Made by a program: the position numbers and the translations under genes
The notes under the pieces: generated by a model
The model's database searches: none
What the model was told of the DNA's origin: nothing
What the model saw: only the letters and a program-made list of their open reading frames with translations
Part shown: in pieces, positions 47,105 through 56,574 of the stretch
Position numbering within the stretch: the stretch's first letter is position 1
How the letters are laid out: each line of letters starts with the position of its first letter
Assembly: GCA_045661185.1 (NCBI GenBank)
Contig: JAZRFD010000039.1
Span: 12,713-76,712 of the forward strand
Length of the DNA stretch: 64,000 bases
Direction of reading: 5' to 3'
From: Eubacteriales bacterium
GTDB lineage: Bacteria; Bacillota; Clostridia; Oscillospirales; CAG-272

Positions 47105-48028
47105 TCAGGTTCCTTTCCGTTTCAGGTGGGGATACAGACCGATCGGCGTGTAATGCGGCGCTTCCATAGCAAGATAAAGCAGGAAGGAGCGCAGATCGGC
47201 TTGATCGGTCAAAAAGCAGATGTGCGCCGCAAAGGCGACGTCCGTATTGGCTTGTGGCAGGGAATTGATGCGATAAAGGCGCAATCCGCACGCTTGCGCG
47301 GCGGTGAGCAGATCAGACACCTCCGGCGGATATCCCTGCGGAATCGTGCATTCAAAAAAGTACGTGGCATTGGGGGCTTCAATCACGGGCAGCATCCGAC
47401 GTCGCAGAAGCGCAAAGCGCGTTGAGCGCGCCGTGGCGTTTCCCATGATCTCGCAGGAGGCGGCGATCTTCAACTCATACCGATCAATCAAGCGCGAAAA
47501 GGCGCTCAATTCACCCTCCACGGAGTTTTCGAGTGGCAGAATACAGTACTCGCACTCACCGTTATATACCGCCTCGCAGGACGCGTGAAAGCTATGCGTG
47601 TAGGCCGCCTGCGGATTGGGAAGGAGGGAGGCGAGGAGAAGATAGGCCTCGTCCGTGTAGCTGCTTTTTTGGTAGATGATGCGTTGTGACGCATCGGTGT
47701 CCGGGGGCTCACCGTCTATAAAAAACGCACCGATGGGAAACGGCTTTTGTGCCGTCAAGCGTGCCGCGAGCGCCATGCAAAGCCGCACGCTTTGCTCTGT
47801 GGCATGTCCGCGCAACAGCGGATCCGCACCCGCCTCCGCTATCGCGGGAGGGCGGTGATCGGGAAGTGCTGAAAGAAGCTCATCAAGCGACTCCGCCTGT
47901 GCCAGCTCCTCCGCCAATTCACACAAATGTGCCCACTCCTGCTCTCGCAAAGCCCCAAAGCGCTCGGTGCTCTCGCGCAGATTGGCGGTGATGATATCGG
48001 TGGAGGAATAAACGTGAAAATCCTTCAT
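47105..48028 (-). CDS. Prephenate dehydratase-like protein (PDT + ACT-like) with about 110-aa N-terminal extension
   Basis: ILPLENSVEGEL (compare VPIENS.EG), the STRFALL (TRF) motif and a C-terminal ACT-like segment. It is divergent, so the call is tentative. Confidence 0.55.
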   Translation of the reverse strand: MKDFHVYSSTDIITANLRESTERFGALREQEWAHLCELAEELAQAESLDELLSALPDHRPPAIAEAGADPLLRGHATEQSVRLCMALAARLTAQKPFPIGAFFIDGEPPDTDASQRIIYQKSSYTDEAYLLLASLLPNPQAAYTHSFHASCEAVYNGECEYCILPLENSVEGELSAFSRLIDRYELKIAASCEIMGNATARSTRFALLRRRMLPVIEAPNATYFFECTIPQGYPPEVSDLLTAAQACGLRLYRINSLPQANTDVAFAAHICFLTDQADLRSFLLYLAMEAPHYTPIGLYPHLKRKGT

Positions 48029-49875
48029 TAAAGCAGATCCAGAACAGCGTAGCTGTCAGAGAGGAACGCTTGCAGCTCCTCAGCGCTCAGCTTTCTCTGC
48101 GAGAGGCGCGCGAGCGCGTAGAGATACGCCGCGGTCTTTTCCTGCCGCGCTCCCTCCATCGCACAGAGCTTTTGAATCAGAGGAGAGGCGTTGTTAACGG
48201 TGAGCGTTTCCTCTGTCGGGAAGGTGTCTCCCATGCTCATGCCGCTCATCGCGTACAGCTTCATCATCTCCTCCATACGGCGAGATTGCTCCGAAACGGT
48301 CAAGAGAACGGGAACACCCGCGTCCTTGAGGGAGGCAAATTCGACCTTGAGCTTTTCGTTGCCGGACACCTTGATAAAGAGCTTGGAGAGCTCCTCGTTG
48401 GCGGTACTGTCACCGTCGCCCTTCAATGCACCCGCCACGTCCGCGTCAATACGCACGTATTTGACCTCGGGGGCATAGGACTCCACAAAGGAGAGGAACT
48501 GCGTATCCAGCTGCCGTTCAAAGAGCGCCACCGACATGCCTTGTGCCTCAAACATAGAAATATACTGGGTTTGCGCTGCCTTATCGGAGGCGTAGTACAC
48601 GGTGTTCTCATGCGTTTCCTTTGCTTTTTCCAGATAATCGGATACGGTCAGATAAGAGCCGTCGGTCAATTCCAAAAGCAAGGAATCCTTTACTCTGTCA
48701 TAGAACTTGCGGTCGCGCATGCAGGCGTATTCCACAAAGGTGCGGATATCGTTCCATACCTTTTCGTATTCCTCGCGCTCGGTGTTGCAAAGAGAGGTGA
48801 GCTTGTCTGCTACCTTTTTGACAATGTGTGCCGAGATCTTGGCAACGTAGGAATTGTTTTGCAGATAGCTGCGCGAAACATTCAAGGGAAGCTCGGGGCA
48901 ATCCAATACACCCTTGAGCATCAAGAGATACTCGGGGATCACCTCCTTGATGTTGTCCGCAACAAAGACCTGATTATAATAAAGCTTGACCTGACCCTCG
49001 ATGGATTCGTATTCGTTGGTCAGCTTGGGGAAATAGAGAATCCCGCGGAAGTTGAGGGGATAATCGGCATTGATGTGGATCCAGAATAAGGGCTCGCGGA
49101 AATCGTGAAAGACCTTGCGATAGAAGTCCTTGTATTCCTCGGGCGTGCAATCCGACGGATTTTTGAGCCAAAGAGGAAGGGTATCGTTGATCGGTGCGGG
49201 AGCAGCGGGCTCCTCACTGCCCTTTTTCTCCTCCTCCGTGCCGTCCGAGAAGTAGATCTCCACGGGCATAAAGGAGCAGTATTTATCAAGGATCTCCTCG
49301 ATCTTGGCTTTTTCAAGATACGCTGTCTCCTCGTCCGAAATGTGCATGATCACAGTCGTGCCGTGCGTATCGCGCTCACCGCCGCTCGTTTCATACTCAC
49401 CCTCGGCGTTGCAGATCCAGCGAAGCGCGGGCGTGCCCGTGTAGGATCTTGTGATCAGCTCCACCGTGTCGCTGACCATGAAGGACGAGTAAAAGCCAAG
49501 ACCGAAATGTCCGATAATACCGTTGCTCTTGTTATCGCCCTCGTATTTTTCAACGAATTCGAGCGCGCCCGAAAGCGCGATCTGGCAGATATAGCGATCC
49601 AGCTCCTCCGCGGTCATACCGATGCCGTTGTCCGAAACGGTCAGCGTCCTAGCATCCTTGTCGAGCGTGACGTCCACGCGATAGCTCTCACCCTTGGAAT
49701 CGTACTGACCGAGCGAATCCAGACGCTTGAGCTTTGTGACCGCGTCACACGCGTTTGAAACGATCTCACGCAGGAAAATATCCTTTTCGGAATAGAGCCA
49801 TTTTTTAATAACGGGGAAAATGTGTGCGGTTTCAACCGAAATGCCGCCTTTTTTGTTCAATGCTTCGTTGTTCAT
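48028..49875 (-). CDS. htpG: Molecular chaperone HtpG (Hsp90)
   Basis: SEKDIFLREIVSNACDA, GHFGLGFYSSFMV and the overall 615 aa length. Confidence 0.95.
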   Translation of the reverse strand: MNNEALNKKGGISVETAHIFPVIKKWLYSEKDIFLREIVSNACDAVTKLKRLDSLGQYDSKGESYRVDVTLDKDARTLTVSDNGIGMTAEELDRYICQIALSGALEFVEKYEGDNKSNGIIGHFGLGFYSSFMVSDTVELITRSYTGTPALRWICNAEGEYETSGGERDTHGTTVIMHISDEETAYLEKAKIEEILDKYCSFMPVEIYFSDGTEEEKKGSEEPAAPAPINDTLPLWLKNPSDCTPEEYKDFYRKVFHDFREPLFWIHINADYPLNFRGILYFPKLTNEYESIEGQVKLYYNQVFVADNIKEVIPEYLLMLKGVLDCPELPLNVSRSYLQNNSYVAKISAHIVKKVADKLTSLCNTEREEYEKVWNDIRTFVEYACMRDRKFYDRVKDSLLLELTDGSYLTVSDYLEKAKETHENTVYYASDKAAQTQYISMFEAQGMSVALFERQLDTQFLSFVESYAPEVKYVRIDADVAGALKGDGDSTANEELSKLFIKVSGNEKLKVEFASLKDAGVPVLLTVSEQSRRMEEMMKLYAMSGMSMGDTFPTEETLTVNNASPLIQKLCAMEGARQEKTAAYLYALARLSQRKLSAEELQAFLSDSYAVLDLL

Positions 49876-49905
49876 AGGGATCTCCGATTTCTTTTATGGG
49901 TAAAT

Positions 49906-51351
49906 TTACGCTTCGGTTGTCTGCTGGGACGCCTCCGCAGTGTTTTCTTGTTTCTGCGTACGGGTATATTCCGCCGCAAACGCGTCAAACGCTTCGTCTG
50001 TGCAGGAATCCATTGCGCCGTGCTTATAGGCAAGCGCATACGCGCGCAGCTTGGTGCGCTCCTCCTCGGTCAGGTCGCCAAGACCTCCGGTGTGAAGGGA
50101 AGCGCATTCTTTTTTGGGACGGCGCTTGACACGCGGGCTTTCGGCACTTGCCGACACCGCCTTGGTGACCTCTTTTGTGCCGTAATAATGGTGTGTGTCC
50201 ACGGGCAAGCCCTTCTTTTCCAGTCGCTTGTTGATAAAGCTGCCGGAGAGCGCAAGAATGGTCGCAAAGAGGGGGACCGCCACGATCATACCGACAAATC
50301 CCCAAACGGCACCAAGCACTGTGATGGCGATCATGACGCACAGGGAGCTGACGCCCGTGTTTTCGCCAAGGATCTTGGGAGCGATGATGTTACCGTCGAT
50401 CTGCTGGACCACAAGGATGCAGAGCAGGAAGGGAATGACCTTGATCGGGTCGGTTAAGAGGATGATGATCGCAGAGGGAATGACACCGACAAAGGGGCCG
50501 ATGATCGGAACGATGTCAGTGATCGCAATGATGACCGCGATCAAAAGGGGGTAGGGGATCTTGAGAATGGAAATGAGGATAAACACAAGTACGCCTACGA
50601 TCGAGGAATCCAGTATTTTGCCGCGCAAAAATCCGCCAAAGGATTTGTCGGCAATGCCGACGATGTTGGAAAGACGGTCATTAAAGTCGTTGCTGAACAG
50701 TGCACGCCGCCAACGCATTACCTGCGCGTAGATACGCTCCTTGGAAAGAAGCACGTAAAGCGAGATAAACAGTCCAAAGAAGATATCCGCAACCAAAAGG
50801 AACACTCCTTCAAGTGCTTCAAAGAGTGCCGCCAGATTGGAATAGGTCAGCTGACTGTCCAAAAAGCTTTGAATTTCAAGCTTTTCAAAGAAATTACCAA
50901 TGCTTTTTTGAATTTCCGAGGCGTTGAGGCTCGGGATGCTCCACGAGATCATGGAATTAATGCCGTCGATCATTCCGTTGATGCTGTTGACCGCACCGGA
51001 AATATAGGATTCGTAGTTATCCAAAAAATCCTGCACGCTCGCGACAAGCTGAGGAACGATCAGCATGATCAGTAAAATGACGATCAGGAACAGAACGATA
51101 TAGGTCAGAAGCAGGGACAGAAATCTACGGAAGCCGTGCGCGCGGATGCCTGCAAGGAGCTTGCGCTCAAACAGTCGGAACAAGGGATTGAGCAGGTATG
51201 CAAGCACAAAGCCGATGATAACGGGGCGCAGGATGAACAGAACGCTTCCGAGCCATGCGTTCAGGCTGTCAAGGCGAAGAACGACGAACAAGAGCAGAAC
51301 ACAGATCAGAAATGCGATGATGCCGATACGGCGCTTGGATTGAACTGACAT
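49906..51351 (-). CDS. AI-2E family transporter (PerM/YhhT-like) with long C-terminal tail
   Basis: Polytopic protein with the conserved ITDIVPIIGPFVG...P block. The start is ATG 51351 or GTG 51360 (GTGA overlap). Confidence 0.85.
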   Translation of the reverse strand: MSVQSKRRIGIIAFLICVLLLFVVLRLDSLNAWLGSVLFILRPVIIGFVLAYLLNPLFRLFERKLLAGIRAHGFRRFLSLLLTYIVLFLIVILLIMLIVPQLVASVQDFLDNYESYISGAVNSINGMIDGINSMISWSIPSLNASEIQKSIGNFFEKLEIQSFLDSQLTYSNLAALFEALEGVFLLVADIFFGLFISLYVLLSKERIYAQVMRWRRALFSNDFNDRLSNIVGIADKSFGGFLRGKILDSSIVGVLVFILISILKIPYPLLIAVIIAITDIVPIIGPFVGVIPSAIIILLTDPIKVIPFLLCILVVQQIDGNIIAPKILGENTGVSSLCVMIAITVLGAVWGFVGMIVAVPLFATILALSGSFINKRLEKKGLPVDTHHYYGTKEVTKAVSASAESPRVKRRPKKECASLHTGGLGDLTEEERTKLRAYALAYKHGAMDSCTDEAFDAFAAEYTRTQKQENTAEASQQTTEA

Positions 51352-51356
51352 GCCGA

Positions 51357-52883
51357 TCACGCTCCCTTCTCGTCCGATTCATCCGTGTCATGGGGAATCG
51401 GCTCGTCCAAAAATACGTGGCGTGAAAGCTCATCGCGCATGCGCGCGGATTCGCGCGCGATCTGCCGTTCTGCCTCCTCTGCCGCGAATTGCGTCAGAAT
51501 ATCGGGCGGCGTAGCCTTCACGATGCGAAGCTTTTTAAATAGGGCATACGTGCGCACTGCCATGCGGTCAACGCTCGTCAATTGATCCTCGTGACCGCCT
51601 TCGATCAGTGCTTGCGCGTGCAGATTCCGCTTTTCCAATTGGCGGATCAGCTTGCCGTTCTCGGAAGCAAACGTATGCACAGGATCTATGATGGGGTCGG
51701 GCGCATAATAGTTTTCCACGTCGTCGGGCAGTCGCTTTTGCTGCAAACGGCGGTGGATAAAGGTGTCCGAAAGCTCAAGTATTGTTGCAAAAAGCGGAAC
51801 GCCGAGCAGCATACCGACAAGCCCCCAGAGAGTGCCGAGGGTGCAGATCGAAATAATGACCCAAAGCGCGCTGATGCCCGTGTTGTTCCCAAGGATCTTG
51901 GGGCTGATGATGTTGGCGTCGATCTGATAGATGACGAACATGATCAAAAGAAACGTCAGGATTTTTTCGGGGGTCGAGAGCGCTACGAGGATCGTGGTGG
52001 GGATCAGGCTGGAAAGAAATCCGATAATGGGAATGATGTTAAAAATTGCCGTGATAGTCGCAATCAGGATCGCGTAGGGAATGTCAAAAATCGAGGTGAC
52101 GATATAAGTCAGGGCCAACACGATTAGGGAATCAAGGAGCTTGCCCTCAAGAAATTTACCAAAGGAGCGGTCTGCGGTGGTGCAAAGCTTGGTAATGCGC
52201 TTGTTGGTGACGTCGCTGAAGATGGCGTGGCGCAGCTTCATAACCTGCGCGTAGCGCTTTTCCTTGGAGGCCAGAAGATAGAGCGAGATAAAGAGCGCGA
52301 AAATAATGTCGGTGATAAAGGAGAACGCATCGGAAATGGTTGCGGTGAGAAGCTCGGGGTCGGTCTGCTCGACGATCTCGGAAAGAATGCGATAGAATAC
52401 GTCGAAGATCTGCATGCCGTTGATCGGCTCAAAGATATCGCCCGAGCCGAAGAATGCGTCGGAGGTATCGTTGATAAACGCGAAAAAGCCGTTGATCTTG
52501 TTGACCGCGTCGTTGACGTGCGTTTCGTAGTTGTCAACGAAGGAAACGATGCTTTCAAAGAGCTGGGGCAAGATCAAGGCAATAATCAAAATGACGATCC
52601 CGAACAGCACGAGATAAGCCGCAAGGAGGGAAAGCGCGCGGCGCAGAGCCGCGGGGCGCAAGCGCGAGAAGAGCCGCCTTTCAAAAAGGCGGAACACGGG
52701 GTTGAGCAGATACGCAATAAGCAGTCCGATCAAGACGGGACGGAACAGGTCAATGATCGAACCGAAAAAAGCGGAAAGCTCGGTATAGTAAGATATAACG
52801 ATCAAGGTGAAAAAGATCGCGACGTAAGCGATAATGCCTGTGACCGTTTTTTTGGTAAATATCTTCTTTCCTTCCTCGGACAT
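51357..52883 (-). CDS. AI-2E family transporter, tandem paralog
   Basis: Same architecture (IFNIIPIIGFLSS..P) and a long charged C-terminal tail. Confidence 0.85.
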   Translation of the reverse strand: MSEEGKKIFTKKTVTGIIAYVAIFFTLIVISYYTELSAFFGSIIDLFRPVLIGLLIAYLLNPVFRLFERRLFSRLRPAALRRALSLLAAYLVLFGIVILIIALILPQLFESIVSFVDNYETHVNDAVNKINGFFAFINDTSDAFFGSGDIFEPINGMQIFDVFYRILSEIVEQTDPELLTATISDAFSFITDIIFALFISLYLLASKEKRYAQVMKLRHAIFSDVTNKRITKLCTTADRSFGKFLEGKLLDSLIVLALTYIVTSIFDIPYAILIATITAIFNIIPIIGFLSSLIPTTILVALSTPEKILTFLLIMFVIYQIDANIISPKILGNNTGISALWVIISICTLGTLWGLVGMLLGVPLFATILELSDTFIHRRLQQKRLPDDVENYYAPDPIIDPVHTFASENGKLIRQLEKRNLHAQALIEGGHEDQLTSVDRMAVRTYALFKKLRIVKATPPDILTQFAAEEAERQIARESARMRDELSRHVFLDEPIPHDTDESDEKGA

Positions 52884-53047
52884 GTGCTGGGCACTCCTTT
52901 AAAATATACTCTGTATATAATTTTATACTAATTTTACCCATTCGTCAATAGGTTTTGTACCGAATTTTTATTTTATTTCAAGGAAATGTTGCAAATGCGT
53001 CAAAAATGTGATACAATAGCGGTGAAAAACAGGAAAGTGAGAAGGAC

Positions 53048-53938
53048 ATGAAGACCGAACGTGCCAACGCAAAGATCAATGTGTATCTTGACGTAACCTC
53101 GCGCCGTGAAAACGGCTATCACAATATCGTCAGCATCATGCAGACGGTTTCCGTGTGTGACCTCGTATCGGTCGATTTCCGACCGACGGAGCACACCTCG
53201 ATCCGCCTTGAGGCATCGGGAAATGACCGCATGCCCACCGATTGCCGCAATCTTGCGTGGCGTGCTGCCGAAAAATTCCTGCAACGCACAGGGCGGCAGG
53301 GTGAAGTGCGCATCGTCATCGAAAAGCACATTCCCATGGCCGCCGGAATGGCGGGAGGCAGCACCGATGCAGCAGCCGTTTTGCGCGCCCTGAACCGCTT
53401 GTGCGGCTCTCCCTTGACCGTGGACGAGCTTTGCGCGCTTGGCGCGACGCTTGGCGCCGACGTGCCGTTTTGTATCGTTGGCGGCACGGCTCTTGTGACG
53501 GGGATCGGTGAATGCATGCAGGAGATCACTCCCATGCCGCAGGGAATTTTGCTCGTTGCCTGCCGCGGAGAGGGTGTTTCCACCCCCTGGGCGTACGGTG
53601 AGCTGGATCGAAAATACAACGATTTCAAAGACCCGAAAAACGACGATAATCGCCCCACGTACATCGAAAACGCGTGGAAAAGCGGTGATCTCGCGGCTTC
53701 CTGCGCGCATTTCTTCAACCTGTTTGAAGAAGTTATTCCCGCAGCGCAAAAGGACGTTGATGAGATCAAGCGCGTGATGCTTGAAAACGGCGTGATCCGT
53801 TCTATGATGAGCGGCAGCGGCCCATCCGTGTTCGGTGTGTTTGCCGACGTGGCGAGCGCGGAGCGTGCTTGTACTGTTCTGCGCGAGAGCGGCGCGGTAG
53901 CGTATATCTGCCATCCGTGCGGAAAATATAAGCTTTAA
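53048..53938 (+). CDS. ispE: 4-(cytidine 5'-diphospho)-2-C-methyl-D-erythritol kinase
   Basis: AKINVYLDV and the GHMP motif IPMAAGMAGGSTDAAA. Confidence 0.92.
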   Translation: MKTERANAKINVYLDVTSRRENGYHNIVSIMQTVSVCDLVSVDFRPTEHTSIRLEASGNDRMPTDCRNLAWRAAEKFLQRTGRQGEVRIVIEKHIPMAAGMAGGSTDAAAVLRALNRLCGSPLTVDELCALGATLGADVPFCIVGGTALVTGIGECMQEITPMPQGILLVACRGEGVSTPWAYGELDRKYNDFKDPKNDDNRPTYIENAWKSGDLAASCAHFFNLFEEVIPAAQKDVDEIKRVMLENGVIRSMMSGSGPSVFGVFADVASAERACTVLRESGAVAYICHPCGKYKL

Positions 53939-54018
53939 AGGCCCGCTTGTTCATATGCAGTTCACATATAAAGTGTATGATATAGAGTAATTTGTTGGAC
54001 TTAGGAAGGTAAAATACG

Positions 54019-55152
54019 TTGAAAGATAAGAATCAAGTCACCGCGTGTCGCAGAAAGACCTCGATCGGGGGGCAGGCGCTGATGGAGGGCATTATGATGC
54101 GCGGCCCCAAGATGACCGCCATGGCAGTTCGCAACACCAAGGGCGAGATCGTCATGGAGGAATTTGAAACCAAGGGCGCAAAGCGCCCCGCCTTTTGCCG
54201 TTGGCCCATCATCCGCGGCGTGTTCGGTTATATCGACAGCATGACGCTGGGATACAAATGCCTGATGCGCTCGGCAGAGCTTTCGGGCCTTGAGGACATC
54301 GTTGAGGAAAGCCCCCGCAAAAAGAAAAAGCGTCTTGAAAAAGAGGCCAAGGAGGCCGCAGAGCGTGGAGATGCCGCGCCCGTCGCAGCAGAAGCGGAAA
54401 GTGAACCCACCGATGCGCCTGCACAAGAATCTGCCGATGCACCCGCAGAGGAGAAAAAGGACGATGAAAAGCTGCCTGCTTGGGTAATGAGCGTCACAAT
54501 GGTCGTTTCGGTTGTGCTCGGATTGGCTCTGGCGCTTGGCCTTTTCATGTTTCTGCCCACGTTTTTGTATAATCTCGCGGCCGATCACATTGGCTTTTTG
54601 AGCCACAGAAATATGGCAGTCAATTCCTTGATCAAATCAGCCTTTGAGGGTGTTTTGCGTATCCTGCTTTTGGTGGGATACATGGCGGCGATCTCTTTGA
54701 TGAAGGATATCCGCCGCACCTTTATGTACCACGGAGCAGAGCATAAGACCATTTTCTGCTATGAAGCAGGGGAGGAGCTGACCGTGGAAAACGTACGGAA
54801 GCAGCGCCGATTCCATCCCAGATGCGGAACCTCGTTCCTCATCGTAATGCTCCTGGTCAGCATCTTTATTTCGTTTTTCATCGACCCCATCGCGTGGCTG
54901 ATCATGAAAGAGCCGTTGCCGATGCTGTGGCGTGTGCTGGTCAAGTTTTTGCTGATCCCCCTGATCGTGGGCATCGGCTACGAGGTGATCAAATTCGCGG
55001 GCAGACACGACAACTGGTTTACGCGTCTGATCTCGCTCCCGGGCGTATGGCTCCAGCACATCACCGTGTTTGAGCCCACCGACGACATGATCGAGTGCGC
55101 GATTACGGCCGTCAAGCGTGTGATCCCCGATGACGACAGCGACAATTGGTAA
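54019..55152 (+). CDS. DUF1385 (YqhQ-like) membrane protein with internal Lys/Glu/Ala-rich insert
   Basis: IGGQALMEGIMMRGP and YHGAEHK motifs. TTG start. A low-complexity insert lies at about 54290-54480. Confidence 0.8.
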   Translation: MKDKNQVTACRRKTSIGGQALMEGIMMRGPKMTAMAVRNTKGEIVMEEFETKGAKRPAFCRWPIIRGVFGYIDSMTLGYKCLMRSAELSGLEDIVEESPRKKKKRLEKEAKEAAERGDAAPVAAEAESEPTDAPAQESADAPAEEKKDDEKLPAWVMSVTMVVSVVLGLALALGLFMFLPTFLYNLAADHIGFLSHRNMAVNSLIKSAFEGVLRILLLVGYMAAISLMKDIRRTFMYHGAEHKTIFCYEAGEELTVENVRKQRRFHPRCGTSFLIVMLLVSIFISFFIDPIAWLIMKEPLPMLWRVLVKFLLIPLIVGIGYEVIKFAGRHDNWFTRLISLPGVWLQHITVFEPTDDMIECAITAVKRVIPDDDSDNW

Positions 55153-55165
55153 GCGAGGAAAAAGA

Positions 55166-55702
55166 ATGGAACACATCAAAAAGCAGGCAAGAGAAGCGGT
55201 TTTGGAGCTGATCGAAGCCGCACAGCTTAAAAAAGGACAGATCCTTGTCATCGGTTGCTCGTCTTCCGAAATCATTGGCGAGGTCATCGGACACGGCTCC
55301 AGCTTTGAAACCGCGCAGGCGGTGTTCGGGGAGATCTATCCGATTTTGAAGGAAAAGGGAATTTACTTGGCGGCACAATGCTGCGAGCATCTCAACCGCG
55401 CCCTGATCATTGAGCGTGCATGCGCCGAGGCGTACGGGCTTGAGGAGGTGTGCGTGATTCCGCAGCCCAAGGCGGGCGGCTCCTTTGCAACGTCGGCATG
55501 GGGCGCGTTTGATGCTCCCGTAGCAGTTGAGCATATCCGCGCGCATGCGGGGCTCGATATCGGCGGGACGCTTGTCGGCATGCATCTGCGCGAGGTCGCA
55601 GTGCCGGTCCGTTTGTCGGTCAAAAAGATTGGCGAAGCACCGATTTTAGCGGCTCGTACCCGCCCGAAATTTATCGGCGGAATCCGCGCAAGGTATGAAT
55701 AA
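55166..55702 (+). CDS. TIGR01440 / UPF0340 (DUF436) family protein
   Basis: GQILVIGCSSSEI and AAQCCEHLNRAL motifs. Confidence 0.8.
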   Translation: MEHIKKQAREAVLELIEAAQLKKGQILVIGCSSSEIIGEVIGHGSSFETAQAVFGEIYPILKEKGIYLAAQCCEHLNRALIIERACAEAYGLEEVCVIPQPKAGGSFATSAWGAFDAPVAVEHIRAHAGLDIGGTLVGMHLREVAVPVRLSVKKIGEAPILAARTRPKFIGGIRARYE

Positions 55703-55879
55703 TTTCCACTTTTTGGGGTAAATCCTTGGTTTGGAGCGTTTATTTATTCACAAAACGGCAAAAAATCTGTTTTTTCTATTGACAATTTGTGTCTGTTTGT
55801 GGTATAATATTAGGGAAATCTTGTTGCACGGCAGTAACACGAATTTTGACCGACCAAAAAGAAAGGGGCGACCGAACGA

Positions 55880-56326
55880 ATGGAAATTGCTATCATTGCA
55901 CATGACCTGAAAAAAGAACTGATGACGCAGTTCTGTATTGCATACTGCGGAATTTTAAGTAAGCATAATCTTTGTGCCACCAATATCACGGCAAAATATA
56001 TATCGGAAGCTACCGGACTTGAAATTGAGCGGTTGCTTGCGGGCATGCAGGGAGGCAAGCAGCAGATCGCCTCGCGCATCTCCTGCAACGAAATTGACGT
56101 GCTTCTGTATTTTAAGGACACGCGCCCCGATGCTAAAACCGACGAGGTCGAAATGGAGCTTTTGCGCCTGTGCGACCTTTACAACGTGCCGGTTGCAACC
56201 AATATTGCAACAGCGGAGGTTATTGTCACCGCGCTCGATAGGGGAGACTTGGATTGGCGCGAGATCATGAATCCGCGCTCGGCATACAATATGAAGCAGC
56301 GCGCCAAGGCAAACGCCGAGGCGTAA
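55880..56326 (+). CDS. Methylglyoxal synthase-like (MGS-like) protein, catalytic residues not conserved
   Basis: It is collinear with MgsA (IAIIAHDLKK..., LLRLCDLYNVPVATNIATAE), but GGDQQ is GGKQQ, PHEPD is KTDEV and ATGTTG is ATNITA. Confidence 0.7.
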   Translation: MEIAIIAHDLKKELMTQFCIAYCGILSKHNLCATNITAKYISEATGLEIERLLAGMQGGKQQIASRISCNEIDVLLYFKDTRPDAKTDEVEMELLRLCDLYNVPVATNIATAEVIVTALDRGDLDWREIMNPRSAYNMKQRAKANAEA

Positions 56327-56359
56327 TGCAAAACGGAAAAGACACGTTCTGCACTTCAA

Positions 56360-56536
56360 ACTGCCACCAGAGAATGGCTCGATTCGAACGAATCGCTGGA
56401 AGAGCCTTGGCAGAGGGCACAGGGTACCACTTTTCTATGATAATTTCATACCAATGAAGTAAAACGTCCGGGTGGAACCGTGCGGAATCATTCCACACCC
56501 CGAACAGGCAAGACCTGTCGGGGTGTGGTTATTTTT
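56360..56536 (+). promoter_or_regulatory. T-box leader (Thr specifier) with terminator, upstream of thrS
   Basis: The T-box sequence AAAACGTCCGGGTGGAACCGTGCGG lies at 56461-56485. Stem I carries an AGAGA element, and the candidate specifier is ACC at 56426-56428. The terminator is CCACACCCCGAACAGG-CAAG-ACCTGTCGGGGTGTGG plus TTATTTTT. Confidence 0.88.
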
Positions 56537-56574
56537 ATCTATTATTTTCTACATATAGAAAGGAAAACGAAATC

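Noticed and set aside
53000-53914. 304-aa minus-strand ORF
   Set aside because: It is antisense to ispE, and the GHMP kinase motif lies on the plus strand.
56377-56400. tRNA-like string GGCTCGATTCGAACGAATCGC
   Set aside because: It resembles a T-arm, but no acceptor, D or anticodon arms can be built around it. It lies in Stem I of the thrS T-box leader.
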